Positions 27,250 to 37,869 of a stretch of 64,000 nt of DNA are shown here, one piece after another. The first letter of the stretch is position 1. Each line of letters opens with the position of its first letter. Below the pieces are notes generated by a model. That model did not search any database. It was not told the origin of the DNA and saw only the letters and a program-made list of their open reading frames with translations. The translations under genes were made by a program, and so were the position numbers. Source of the stretch: a virus; the IMG/VR virus record IMGVR_UViG_3300029268_000006, positions 32,001 through 96,000 of that record. One strand, 5' to 3'.

Positions 27250-29370
27250 ATGTCAGATTTAGAAAAATATTCGGGAAATTTAGGAAAAGAAATCGAAATT
27301 ATAAAATCATTTCTTGAAAAAGTTTTGGGATCAGATGTTTTAGAAATAGGTGATATTTTTATACAACCATCTTCATCTTATATCGCTGTTAAAGTTACTA
27401 ATATAACATATAAAGAAAATGACAATAAGAATCAAGATCATCTGGGATATAAAGTTATAGTAACTTATAAAAGAGCCTCAAATTGGGAATTGAGTGATTG
27501 GGAAGATGAACATAATTCAGATTTCAATAATTTTAATAGTACTTGGATTAGAAATTCAACAAAGGTTAAACACGGTGAAAATATTTCAGACTATTTAGAC
27601 AAAGCAAAAAAGATTATTTCCGGTGAAATAGATATTGAATCATTAAATGATAATAACGATGATGATACAAATACAGAAACATCACTTATATCAAAAAACT
27701 CAAAAACCAATCTTTTGACACTTCAAAATGATTTAGAAGAAAAAAGGAAAAATGCGGAACTGATTAAATCCTTCGTTTCTATTGAAATGGAGAAAAAGAA
27801 AAGAGAACTTGATAAGATAAGACAAAAATTAAACGGGGTAATCGATATTTTTAAGAAAAAAATAGTCAAAATAATGAAAGTTATCACTACCATTGAATTA
27901 TATCTTGGTATTGATGAAGAATTATTTCAAATTCAAGATGGTGAATTAGCACCAAAAGATACCCCAATATCATTTCGTCAAGCAGTTCTTTATATGGATG
28001 AAGAAATTGGTCATTGGGAAAATGGTGGGTTGGATTTTACAAATATTGACTGGTTTGATCAATGGTTGATAAAAGATAATAATTATAAAAAATTATTACC
28101 TGAAGAAAAAGGGTTGGTTGTTTTCAGACCTAGAAGATATGAAAAGGATTATGGTGGTGATCCTAGATATAATAGTGCAATGAATCAGGAAAATAAATAC
28201 AGAACTTATCTTCTCATAAGAAATGGTGAATGTCTTTATAGGGTTTATACTGAAAATATTGTAATCTTACCTAGATTGTTTCCTAAACGTGATGAGTTAC
28301 AGAAATTGATGAATGAAATTCAAAAAGAAAATTTGAGTTCGTGGAGTGAAGAAAAAAAGCAAGAAAATGTTGAAGATTTGGTTTATCAGTATAAAAAAAG
28401 AGCAATATTACTTCAAGGATTAGTTGATAGAACTGAAGTTTTTCATCCATTACCAGTTGATAAGATAAATATTTTTGATATGACAAATCTTGAAGGAAAA
28501 GTAAATTTCATTTATGATGATGAATATTTATTACCATCCGATAGATTATCATTTTGGGATTGGCATAAAGAAATAAATAGGAAAATAGGAAAAGGTAGTA
28601 GGATATTATTAACTGGATTTCATGATGGTAAACATGGTGTTCGAGATAGAATTTATTATTATTGTAGTGAATATCGAATACCTGATAGACCATCCGTTGG
28701 AATTTATGAAGTCGAAGAATATTTACAGGAAGAAAAAAAGGATATGAAAATGTCCGATTTTGAAGAACTGAAAAAAGTATGGGATGAAAGAGGAATTAAA
28801 TATGAAATAAAAGAAACTCGTAAAAATCAATATCATATAAATTGGGAAAGTAATTTTTCACGTGAAAAAGATTATGTTCCAATATATGAAGATGGTGTTA
28901 TAGTAAAAAGTACATTCATACATTTAACCATTCTTTATAATCCAAAAGATGAAGTTTATGGGCCTTGGGGAACATATGATCCACATGATCGTAAGAAAAG
29001 AATTCGTTTAAGAATATATCCATCTGATGATTTTGTTTTAAATTATGATCAAATAAGTCTGAATGATATTGAATTTTATCTTACGAGTAGGGTGGATAGA
29101 CCTAACTATTTGAAGATGTTACCAATGTTGAATGATATGAAAAAATGGAGAATTCAGGAATTGGAAAATGAAAAGAATTTTACCAAACTTATTTATTCTC
29201 AAGTTTATAAAAATTTCAAAGGAAAATCCGAAGAATATATTTATAATAAAATATGGGAAACTATCGATTGGTGGAAATATAAAAATATGTGGAAAAGACC
29301 TATCGATAAGGATGATACCAAAGCTTTACGAATGATTGTAAAAAAATTGAAAGGTACAACAAATGATTAA
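27250..29370 (+). CDS. Large hypothetical protein with a coiled-coil segment
   Basis: About 706 aa from ATG 27250; IELYLG..EE..QIQDGE, FRQAVLYMDEE; no family recognised. Confidence 0.75.
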   Translation: MSDLEKYSGNLGKEIEIIKSFLEKVLGSDVLEIGDIFIQPSSSYIAVKVTNITYKENDNKNQDHLGYKVIVTYKRASNWELSDWEDEHNSDFNNFNSTWIRNSTKVKHGENISDYLDKAKKIISGEIDIESLNDNNDDDTNTETSLISKNSKTNLLTLQNDLEEKRKNAELIKSFVSIEMEKKKRELDKIRQKLNGVIDIFKKKIVKIMKVITTIELYLGIDEELFQIQDGELAPKDTPISFRQAVLYMDEEIGHWENGGLDFTNIDWFDQWLIKDNNYKKLLPEEKGLVVFRPRRYEKDYGGDPRYNSAMNQENKYRTYLLIRNGECLYRVYTENIVILPRLFPKRDELQKLMNEIQKENLSSWSEEKKQENVEDLVYQYKKRAILLQGLVDRTEVFHPLPVDKINIFDMTNLEGKVNFIYDDEYLLPSDRLSFWDWHKEINRKIGKGSRILLTGFHDGKHGVRDRIYYYCSEYRIPDRPSVGIYEVEEYLQEEKKDMKMSDFEELKKVWDERGIKYEIKETRKNQYHINWESNFSREKDYVPIYEDGVIVKSTFIHLTILYNPKDEVYGPWGTYDPHDRKKRIRLRIYPSDDFVLNYDQISLNDIEFYLTSRVDRPNYLKMLPMLNDMKKWRIQELENEKNFTKLIYSQVYKNFKGKSEEYIYNKIWETIDWWKYKNMWKRPIDKDDTKALRMIVKKLKGTTND

Positions 29371-29521
29371 TTTCGATAACATTGATGATTCAGTCGATCT
29401 AAAAAGAAGATATACCCAAGAACAATTACTGAAGATATGGGATGATACATATCCTAAATTATCAGAAATTAGTAGTGATAAAATTATTATAACAATTACA
29501 CCACCTGAAAGGTGTTTATAA
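29363..29521 (+). CDS. Small hypothetical protein (52 aa)
   Basis: Not in the track. The ATG overlaps the end of the upstream gene; MINFDNIDDSVDLKRRYTQEQLLKIWDD. Confidence 0.45.
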   Translation: MINFDNIDDSVDLKRRYTQEQLLKIWDDTYPKLSEISSDKIIITITPPERCL

Positions 29522-30610
29522 TTTTCCTGTTCCCTCTAAGTTATCATTTTCAATGGATAAATATCTTGGATGAAAATCGAAACCAATTATTTCACCTTTA
29601 TGATCACCGTCGCGAAGTTTAAGAATTTTTAAACGATATTTGTTATTCTTTCTCATTTCGTTATTTCTGATAATAGCCCATACACAATCCGCTGTTTCAG
29701 CGACAGCTTTACTTTCTGGAATATCCGCCAACTTAATATCATTTGCACCCCAAACAGATTTATCGGTTTGTGTAGCTGTTATCATAGCAACGTTGTATTT
29801 GTCTGCTAAATACCTTAATCCTTCTGCCAGATGTTTTCCTTTTAAGAAAAGGTTGTTACCCATTTCTTTATGTAATTTATCAACAGACATGAGATTAATG
29901 TAGTCAATAATAATCATATCGAATTTAACATTTCTAACTTCAATATATTTATTTATAAGATTATCCAAATCATCGATTGTACATTGACCAGTATTGAATT
30001 TTTTGACCCAAATTTTTCCAATTTTCCCATTATTAAATAAACCTAGATTTGTTGTGTTTTTTAATTGTGATATTTTTGATTTAATAAAATTTGGATCTTT
30101 ACTTAATTCGTCATATTGATCTGCATCAATTTTTAATCTCATTGCACCTAAACGTTTCATAACTTTTCTCTTAGATAATTCGACTGAAACTACTAATACG
30201 TTCGCACCACTATCTGCTGCGTTTTTTGCAGTATTATATAACCACATTGAATTATGACTCAAAATATCATTTGTCCAAAATCTATGATTTTCATCGTTTA
30301 GTTGAAAATCAAACATATTTGATTTTTTATCATGAATATCTTTATAACATTTACAAACAACTTCCACACCATTTTTTGTTTGTATTTTATCACCTGATAC
30401 TAAGTCTTTAACAAAAACTTCGTTCATATTTTCATCAAAAACAATATGGGTATCTGCACATATTAATTCAGATGTTTGTGTTATTAAAACCCATTCATCA
30501 TATTCTATTGTTTTACCTATTGATTTGATATCTGACCAACCATTATCGGTTTCTATTTGCCATTCATCTATTTCTACTGTATCTATAAATTTTCTTTCAA
30601 AATCTAACAT
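29516..30610 (-). CDS. gp41: Replicative helicase (gp41/DnaB-like), long C-intein (120 aa) plus C-terminal fragment
   Basis: ELICADTH; NMFDF..HRFWTNDILSHN|SMWLYN (junction 30251/30250); VSVEL, IIIDY, TATQ, ESKAVAETAD, KLRDG. Confidence 0.92.
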   Translation of the reverse strand: MLDFERKFIDTVEIDEWQIETDNGWSDIKSIGKTIEYDEWVLITQTSELICADTHIVFDENMNEVFVKDLVSGDKIQTKNGVEVVCKCYKDIHDKKSNMFDFQLNDENHRFWTNDILSHNSMWLYNTAKNAADSGANVLVVSVELSKRKVMKRLGAMRLKIDADQYDELSKDPNFIKSKISQLKNTTNLGLFNNGKIGKIWVKKFNTGQCTIDDLDNLINKYIEVRNVKFDMIIIDYINLMSVDKLHKEMGNNLFLKGKHLAEGLRYLADKYNVAMITATQTDKSVWGANDIKLADIPESKAVAETADCVWAIIRNNEMRKNNKYRLKILKLRDGDHKGEIIGFDFHPRYLSIENDNLEGTGKL

Positions 30611-30628
30611 TTTTTATTTTATTCTTTT

Positions 30629-31657
30629 TTAACCATTCAAAAAATCTATACACGTTTGAATAGTTTTTTCTTTATGAAATTTATAATCACATTCCCATAC
30701 AATTAAAATATTATATCCAACATCTTTTATAGAATCAATTTTCAATTTATCTTTTTCCCAAATTTCATATGCAAACATTTGGAGATATTTATGAAAATAA
30801 TTTTTATTATATGTTTTAGGATTACAGTGCCAGTAATCACCGTTGAATTCTATTATTTTTTTATTATATACAAAATCATATGAGAATGTTTTTCCCAATT
30901 CTTTAAAATGTCTAAAAAATTGTTTTTTTCCGTAATGAACATTTTCTAATTTTATTTTTTCCAAAATATTTTCAAATAATTCTAATTCTGGTCCGGAATA
31001 ATTATCATATTTAAATTTTACAAAATCACCATTTTTATATTTGGCTTCTATTTTTTCACTCCATTTATTTTGTCTATTATTCCATATTTCTAGACCTTTA
31101 ATTTCACCATATTTTTCTATACATTTTTCTAATGTGAATGTTTTTTGTCTTTCCGATACTTTATTTTTAGATTCATCTTCCGTGAATCCTTTTTTCATCC
31201 AATATAATTTTTGTGTTGGGTTTACATCAGTATATAAGTGTTTATTATCGTGTCTTTTTTTTATTGCTTTTTTAGATATATCATTTTGTATATTTTTTAT
31301 TATTTTTAATGAATCTTCATTATTAAATCCTCTTTTCAACCAAAATTCGATACTTTGTCTGGATTTTTCCTTAAAAAAATTCTTATTTTTTTCGAATGAT
31401 TTTTGTAATCCAATTGTAATTTTTTCACCTCTGTTTAATGCTCTATCATTCATTAAATCAATAGCATCTTTTTTTGATAAACCATATTTATACATAAGAA
31501 ATTCATACGTTCCTGTGGCTCTAGTTTTTCCCAAACACTCTTTGGAATTACATATCCTATGATACCCCCCACTTATATTAAAAAAAATTGAAGGGTTTCC
31601 ACAGTAATAACAAGTACCTTCATTTTCCTTTTTAAAGTGTTTATCATAGTATTCAAA
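30629..31657 (-). CDS. Putative homing endonuclease nested in the split gp41; open frame begins directly after the IntN stop
   Basis: The tracked ORF starts at TTG 31534, but 41 more open codons (FEYYDKHF..CYYCG..C...C) reach the TAA at 31658-31660; QKTFTLEKCIEKYG; IIEFNGDYWH. Confidence 0.75.
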   Translation of the reverse strand, partial: FEYYDKHFKKENEGTCYYCGNPSIFFNISGGYHRICNSKECLGKTRATGTYEFLMYKYGLSKKDAIDLMNDRALNRGEKITIGLQKSFEKNKNFFKEKSRQSIEFWLKRGFNNEDSLKIIKNIQNDISKKAIKKRHDNKHLYTDVNPTQKLYWMKKGFTEDESKNKVSERQKTFTLEKCIEKYGEIKGLEIWNNRQNKWSEKIEAKYKNGDFVKFKYDNYSGPELELFENILEKIKLENVHYGKKQFFRHFKELGKTFSYDFVYNKKIIEFNGDYWHCNPKTYNKNYFHKYLQMFAYEIWEKDKLKIDSIKDVGYNILIVWECDYKFHKEKTIQTCIDFLNG

Positions 31658-32371
31658 TTACAGTTTTAGATAATTGAAAAATTCACCAATTGTAATTTCC
31701 TTTATTTCTTTGGTTTTTTTATTTTTAATTTTTATGTGAGTATTTGATTTACAGCACTTACCAACTCCAGTTTCACCAAGAAATACATTGAATGTTGATT
31801 TATCCCATCCACCGTGCAAAAGTGTGTCTACACTAGACCAACCGGATGTTATTTTATTTTTGGAAACTTCTTGTTTATGTGATTCTGGATCATCAAAATC
31901 GTCACCCAAATCTTCTTCATCTTCAAGTATTGATATATTACTAAATACTGTTTTTACTTTAGATAAAACATCGACAACATTATCATAATCTATTTCTTTC
32001 AGATTACGAATTAAGTCTATAACAGTATATGTTTTGTTTTTTAAATCATTTGATAATTTCCAAGCTTTGAAATGTCTTTCCAACCATTCTTTATCGTGTA
32101 CGGAATTGTCATTTTTTAGTAATGTTTTTATGACATTATTATTTATCTTTTCTTCCGGATCATTTAATTTGATCATCGCAACAATTTGTTGTGGTGATGC
32201 TACATTTTTTGTTATAATATATTCATCTTTTACTATTTTAAATATAAAACGAATTTCATCGTTTTTAAAGAAATCTGGTTCTACATTTAAGAATTGAGAT
32301 GAATGATCCATTATCCAAGTGAAGAAAAATTTCTCCATTTGAACATTCATCGTTTCTTTATCATTACTCAT
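31658..32371 (-). CDS. gp41: Replicative helicase, N-terminal fragment plus short N-intein (32 aa)
   Basis: GWSSVDTLLHGGW..TFNVFLGETGVGK|CCKSNT (Cys1 at 31756-31754). Confidence 0.92.
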   Translation of the reverse strand: MSNDKETMNVQMEKFFFTWIMDHSSQFLNVEPDFFKNDEIRFIFKIVKDEYIITKNVASPQQIVAMIKLNDPEEKINNNVIKTLLKNDNSVHDKEWLERHFKAWKLSNDLKNKTYTVIDLIRNLKEIDYDNVVDVLSKVKTVFSNISILEDEEDLGDDFDDPESHKQEVSKNKITSGWSSVDTLLHGGWDKSTFNVFLGETGVGKCCKSNTHIKIKNKKTKEIKEITIGEFFNYLKL

Positions 32372-32483
32372 TCATAAGTTATTATTTTTTAAGAATTTTG
32401 TTCATAGTTCGGTTTTATGGTTGAATCTTGTGCATCCGGACTGACTATTACCCAGATTGGATTTTTTATATCTTTAACATTTT

Positions 32484-33509
32484 TCATTTGTTAAATCTAT
32501 TAAAACTGTTTTGTGATATAAATACATATTCGGAATTTCCTATAAAGTTTTTTAAATCATTATCTCCTTGATATGACATACAAGATTTTAAATAATCTTT
32601 AAAATTATCAACCCAACCACCTATTGAATATTCAACTTTATTCATTCTGATAATACCTTCCGATGTTCTTAATTCTTTTTTACCCCATTTTCTTTGAACA
32701 TCTTTTGTACTCATTCCCCTAAATAATTTATAAATATCACCACCATCTTTAAAATAATCGATTGCATCGTTTTTATCAATTTTTATATATGTTTCATCTT
32801 CTTTTATATAATCTTGTCCACAAGATTCAATTGATTTGTTGATTATATTTCCGAGCATTACACCATCTGATCCTAAACCAATAGATTTTATGATGTCATC
32901 GAAATTTTTAAAACCACCATCAGCTATAATTTTTGTTTTATAATCGTTTTTTATTTTTATGTCATAACATTCTTTTATTAATGATGCCATTGGATAATGT
33001 ATAGAACTGTTTGCGGATGTCGTACATGCGTGCCCCGCCCCTATTCCGCATCGGATATAATTAACATTTAATTTTGCATATTGTTCAAAAGTTTTGGGAT
33101 TTGCAATATTTCCTATCATTAATTCAATATCAATATATTTTTCTTTAATAATTTTAGATATCTCATAAATTCTTATTGAATGTGCATTAGCAACATCAAT
33201 TAATATTCTTTTTGGTAAAGTCTTGTTATTTTTTATTTTCTCTTCTATTTCATCCAAACTATAAGATATGAAACAATCATCTTCAAATTTTGTTTTATCA
33301 TTATTTATTCCTCTAGGAATACAAATATAGAAACCCAAATCTCTAAAAATTTTATAATTGTTTTCATCTATTACTGTATCCATTGGTGATACAAATAATG
33401 GTAAATTGTTATTTTTATCAAATATATTTATTTCTTTTCTAGATCTTATATCACTTATAATAGTTGGTATTAATGAAATATCATTGAAATCGAATTTAAT
33501 ATTATTCAT
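32484..33509 (-). CDS. IMP dehydrogenase/GMP reductase family enzyme
   Basis: FNDISLIP, SPMDTV, IDVANAH, GIGAGHACTT, IIADGG, VMLG, FRGMS, LKSCMSY. Confidence 0.85.
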   Translation of the reverse strand: MNNIKFDFNDISLIPTIISDIRSRKEINIFDKNNNLPLFVSPMDTVIDENNYKIFRDLGFYICIPRGINNDKTKFEDDCFISYSLDEIEEKIKNNKTLPKRILIDVANAHSIRIYEISKIIKEKYIDIELMIGNIANPKTFEQYAKLNVNYIRCGIGAGHACTTSANSSIHYPMASLIKECYDIKIKNDYKTKIIADGGFKNFDDIIKSIGLGSDGVMLGNIINKSIESCGQDYIKEDETYIKIDKNDAIDYFKDGGDIYKLFRGMSTKDVQRKWGKKELRTSEGIIRMNKVEYSIGGWVDNFKDYLKSCMSYQGDNDLKNFIGNSEYVFISQNSFNRFNK

Positions 33510-33617
33510 ATGTTTTTTTCTTTATAATATAAAATAAAAAAGTGAAAGTTTAAGCCATTTCCAATATCAATTCAAATAGACTTTAAAAAATTAATATATA
33601 AAAATAAAATTTTATAA

Positions 33618-34598
33618 ATGAAAATATTTTTTCATGATAAAACATATGATGATTTCGAATTAATAAATGGGACATTTTTTATAAAAAATAAAATTGGTGA
33701 TACAATTAAATGTAAAAATGCAATAGAATTTGAAATTGAATGTGTGAAATGTTTATCTAAAATTAAAATAAAAAAAATAAAAAGATATCATCTTGATAAA
33801 GATTATATTTGTATAAGATGTAGAACAAAAGGTGAAAATAATCCCATGTATGGAAAAAGAATGAGTGATGAGAAAAAATTAGAGATAAGTAAAAAAAATA
33901 GTGGGGAAAATAATCCGTTTTTTGGTAAGAAACATACAGATGAAACTAAAAAAAAGATAGGTGAAAAAAATAAAGAACATATGAAGGGTGAAAATAATCC
34001 AATGTATAAAAAATCTGTTTTTGATATTTGGGTTGAAAAATATGGTAAAGAAAAAGCTGATGAATTAATGAAAAATAAATCATTGAAACATTCATTTTCT
34101 GGTGAAAATAATCCATTTTTCGGAAAAAAACATACTGATGAAACAAGAAAAAAATTATCAGAATCTTTAAAAAATTCAGATAAATTAAAAAAACTTGTGA
34201 ATAGTAAAGAATATAGAGAAAAAATGTCAAACAAATTAAAAAACAGAAAATTTTCCGATGAACACAAAAGAAAATTAAGATTGTCTAGGATAAAAAATAT
34301 AAAATATTTAAACAACGGACAAATATTACCAAATTTTAGTTTGATTGGTTGTGAAATATTAAATAAAATTTCAACCGAAAAAAATATTTATATACAACAC
34401 GCGATGAATGATGGTGAATTTTATATAAAAGAATTGGGTTACTGGGTTGATGGTTATGATAAATTAAATAATGTTGTTTATGAAATAGATGAAAGTGGAC
34501 ATTTTGATATGAACGGTGAATTAAAAGAAAAGGATATAAAAAGACAAACCCAAATAGAAAATCATTTGGGTTGTCAATTTATTAGAATAAAAATTTAA
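33618..34598 (+). CDS. Putative homing endonuclease with NUMOD3 repeats
   Basis: GENNPFFGKKHTDET repeats; C-terminal IQHAMN.GE..YWVDGYD...YEIDESGH is shared with the ORF at 1563. Confidence 0.8.
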   Translation: MKIFFHDKTYDDFELINGTFFIKNKIGDTIKCKNAIEFEIECVKCLSKIKIKKIKRYHLDKDYICIRCRTKGENNPMYGKRMSDEKKLEISKKNSGENNPFFGKKHTDETKKKIGEKNKEHMKGENNPMYKKSVFDIWVEKYGKEKADELMKNKSLKHSFSGENNPFFGKKHTDETRKKLSESLKNSDKLKKLVNSKEYREKMSNKLKNRKFSDEHKRKLRLSRIKNIKYLNNGQILPNFSLIGCEILNKISTEKNIYIQHAMNDGEFYIKELGYWVDGYDKLNNVVYEIDESGHFDMNGELKEKDIKRQTQIENHLGCQFIRIKI

Positions 34599-34632
34599 AA
34601 TATTGTTCCTGTTTTCTTCAAAGATTTATTTT

Positions 34633-34887
34633 TTATTCCACTTGTAATGATTCTTTAGCTCTTTGTAGGAATTCTATTAAATCATCGATTGAACTTTTAT
34701 TGTTCAAATAGAAATTATCTAATTCAATTGAGTCGATATGATGACCAACGGTACAGTTTTTAATATCATCGTCCATTTTCATGTTCATTTCCCAATCATA
34801 AGATTTAATTCTGGTGTACCAAGTTGCTTCATCAGATTTAACACTATCATTAATAAAATCTGGATTAATAATTCTAATTGTTATCAT
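34633..34887 (-). CDS. Hypothetical protein
   Basis: 84-aa ORF downstream of uvsX. Confidence 0.6.
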   Translation of the reverse strand: MITIRIINPDFINDSVKSDEATWYTRIKSYDWEMNMKMDDDIKNCTVGHHIDSIELDNFYLNNKSSIDDLIEFLQRAKESLQVE

Positions 34888-34904
34888 TTTTTGTAAATTA
34901 TTTT

Positions 34905-36146
34905 TTATTTTAACAAAATATCATCTGACATTTCACTATCAATTTCAAAATCATTATCTTCTTCAAATTCTTTATATTCTTCGTCAAGTTCTTCATTTGA
35001 TTTTTGAATTTCTTCAAAAGATGAATATTTGAAATAATCGAAAACAATAGGTTCTAATGAATTAATTACATCATCATTAAAAACTTTTCCATTGAATAAA
35101 TTATTTTCATGAATTACTTTATCTAAATGTTTCACGTACCATTTTTTAGGTGGTCCAGATTCATATGTAATTTCTCCTGTTTTTTTATCAACAACTGGTT
35201 TTAACATAGCGATACCAACTTTTTCAAAATTTTCGGGTGTGCAGAAAAATTCTAATCCCTTATATGGATTACAACCTTTGGTGTGATCAATTTCAAATTT
35301 TACTTTTTTTGGTTTTGCTAAACGATTTTTACGAGATTTTGCTGTAATAACAACCCCCTGTGAACCAAGTGAAAAATCATCCTTATCCTTATCTTCCAAT
35401 TTCGCAATAGTTAAATAGATGATTACAGATGCTGAATAATTTATACCTTCACCACCAGATTGTTTTTCGGTGGGGAAAAGATCCATTGTCATGTAGATGT
35501 GATTTGTTGCCACTAAAGGTATGTTTAAGTAACCCAAATCGTTAGTAATAACTCTAAACAATGACTTGATTGCTTTGGCTCTACTCATATCAGATTTTTG
35601 TTTACCTTCAAGTGCATCTTCTACTTCTTTTGTAGATGCTAATTGGCCGATACTATCTAATATAAATAATGTTTTTGATACATCGACACCTTTTTCTTTT
35701 TGTTCTTTCAGAGCATCTAAAATTTGAACAACTGCTATTTTAAGATTTTCGACTTTGTTAGAACGAATCAGTTTAAATTTATCTTCATTTTCAATATTAA
35801 TACCGAACATGTCAAAATCAGTATTTTCAATAGAAAATTCAGTATCAATATAAAAAATATTATATCCTTCTTTTTGGGCGTTTCTTACTATATTTAAAGC
35901 GATGTAGGATTTACCTGTTTGTGGAGGACCTGCTAGTATAGTAATTCTATTTTTCGGAACTCCACCTTTTTTAATGCTTTTTGAAATTAATGCATTAAGA
36001 ATATAAATTCCCGTGCTGATATAAGATTTTTCCCCTTTCAGATTATCAATAGTAATCATAGATTTCTTTGATAATCCATCAATTACATTTGAAATTTTTG
36101 AAAAATCAAAATCGTTTTTTGGATTTGATTTTATTTGTTTCGCCAT
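34905..36146 (-). CDS. uvsX: RecA/UvsX-like recombinase
   Basis: GGVPKNRITILAGPPQTGKS; YIDTE; LDSIG; TNH; GGEGINYSAS; K.RKNR. Confidence 0.92.
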   Translation of the reverse strand: MAKQIKSNPKNDFDFSKISNVIDGLSKKSMITIDNLKGEKSYISTGIYILNALISKSIKKGGVPKNRITILAGPPQTGKSYIALNIVRNAQKEGYNIFYIDTEFSIENTDFDMFGINIENEDKFKLIRSNKVENLKIAVVQILDALKEQKEKGVDVSKTLFILDSIGQLASTKEVEDALEGKQKSDMSRAKAIKSLFRVITNDLGYLNIPLVATNHIYMTMDLFPTEKQSGGEGINYSASVIIYLTIAKLEDKDKDDFSLGSQGVVITAKSRKNRLAKPKKVKFEIDHTKGCNPYKGLEFFCTPENFEKVGIAMLKPVVDKKTGEITYESGPPKKWYVKHLDKVIHENNLFNGKVFNDDVINSLEPIVFDYFKYSSFEEIQKSNEELDEEYKEFEEDNDFEIDSEMSDDILLK

Positions 36147-36199
36147 TCATGTTTGATTATTTTTTAGATAATATTAATATAAATATTTTCAAGAAAAGT

Positions 36200-37822
36200 T
36201 TAATTTTTCCAGATAAATTTCAAACTACCACTATCATAAATTCGATAAATCTTTCTTTCTAACATGATTTCATGTTCTGTTTTGTTCGGATCAAAACCTT
36301 CACTAACTAATTTATCTTTTCTAAAATTAAATCTATGATAACGTTTTTTATCTATAATATAGTAATAATTTGGTTGAGTTTTGTGAATTAATTTAAATCC
36401 AAGTTGTTTATACAATTCCCCTTGACTCCATGATCTATCAGCGTAACTAATCACTTCCTTATGTTTGTAATTTTCGATAAAATATTTGAATACTTTTTCA
36501 GAGCCACCAATTACTGATGTGTTTAATTTACTACAAAATCTCAACATTTCATAAACACCATCAGAATTACTTTGTTTCATAAATTTACGTTTCGATCCAA
36601 AAGTCATCAAGGAAACCAATACATCATTATAAAACAAACCAAGTTTAATCTGTGATCCGACAAATCCTTGTAAATGACTTTTTTCTAAAAAATCACGAAT
36701 TAATTTATTATCTGTAATTTCTTTAATGATACATTTACGGGCGTAAATTTTATTTGGTGTTTTACCTATTAAATTTAGGATTCTGGATTTAATTATTTCT
36801 TGTTTATAAATCCAATCATCTTCATAAATATGTATTAATTTTATATCTTGTTGTTCACATTTTTCTGTTTTATCTAAATGATAATTATTATCGACACCAA
36901 ATTCATTGTGCCAAAATAATCCATTAAATTCAAATGCCAATTTTAAATCTGGTAAATAAATGTCTAGTTCATATGGTGAAATAATATTTCTTTTATTTAA
37001 TTGAATTTCTTTATTGTAATTTTCTTTAATGAAATTTTGAAGTTGTATTTCATAACCACTATTTGAAAAAGAATTTATCGGATTACAAAATGGACATAAA
37101 ATAGTTTTATATGATATTCTATTTTTTATTGAAGAATTCATTTTAAATATATGTCCTTTTTCACACACATATTCATTATTATTGTTTACTAACATAATAC
37201 CATATTTAGATAAAATATTTAATCTTTTTATCATACGAGTATGTGATGATTTTTTACGAAAATCAGAATTTTTATTTAAATTATCAACTCCATATTTTTC
37301 TAAACATGTTTTTTTATATTGTTCTAAATTATTATAGTTTTCATCACCATATTTTTCAAGTTTAGTTTGCTTTGATTTGTTTTTGAATTCATCCAATTGT
37401 AAAGCGTGTTCTATCCCATAATTTTTAAATATTGTTTTTTTATTTTTTTCTATGTTATTATAGTTTTCATCATTATATCTTTCAATTTTAGTTTGTTTGG
37501 ATTTATCTTTAAAAATATTAGTAGTAAAAAAATATTCATTACCATATTTATTTTTATTTGTAAGTTTATTTTTTACTATACTACATTTTTTACAAGTTAT
37601 AAAATTATATTTTGATAACCTCAAAACGTAAGTTTGATATGACATTTTTAATATTTTTTCACACAAATCACATTTAACTTCAATTATTTGATGAGATCCA
37701 TTTGATAAATGTTCAACAGGAATTTTTAAGATATCTTTTAATTTAATATCATATTTAAGATTTTTATAAAAATTAATATTCTTTTTATTTATTTTTATTT
37801 CAACTTCTTTTGTTATTAACAT
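36200..37822 (-). CDS. Hef-like putative homing endonuclease (KYG repeats, Vsr-like domain, YARKC..SYAD domain)
   Basis: ELDIYLPDLKLAFEFNGLFWH; IYARKC; HLQG; LRFCSK; ISYADRSWSQG. Confidence 0.8.
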   Translation of the reverse strand: MLITKEVEIKINKKNINFYKNLKYDIKLKDILKIPVEHLSNGSHQIIEVKCDLCEKILKMSYQTYVLRLSKYNFITCKKCSIVKNKLTNKNKYGNEYFFTTNIFKDKSKQTKIERYNDENYNNIEKNKKTIFKNYGIEHALQLDEFKNKSKQTKLEKYGDENYNNLEQYKKTCLEKYGVDNLNKNSDFRKKSSHTRMIKRLNILSKYGIMLVNNNNEYVCEKGHIFKMNSSIKNRISYKTILCPFCNPINSFSNSGYEIQLQNFIKENYNKEIQLNKRNIISPYELDIYLPDLKLAFEFNGLFWHNEFGVDNNYHLDKTEKCEQQDIKLIHIYEDDWIYKQEIIKSRILNLIGKTPNKIYARKCIIKEITDNKLIRDFLEKSHLQGFVGSQIKLGLFYNDVLVSLMTFGSKRKFMKQSNSDGVYEMLRFCSKLNTSVIGGSEKVFKYFIENYKHKEVISYADRSWSQGELYKQLGFKLIHKTQPNYYYIIDKKRYHRFNFRKDKLVSEGFDPNKTEHEIMLERKIYRIYDSGSLKFIWKN

Positions 37823-37869
37823 ATCATATTTTTATATAAAAATATTAAATTTGTTTTAATTTTTTCAAT

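Noticed and set aside
34905-36146. Intein in UvsX, gp44 or the IMPDH-like protein (known intein hosts)
   Set aside because: The Walker A and catalytic motifs are contiguous, and no Hint motifs are present.
37826-37846. AT-only palindrome upstream of the Hef-like endonuclease
   Set aside because: All-A/T palindromes are expected by chance at this base composition.
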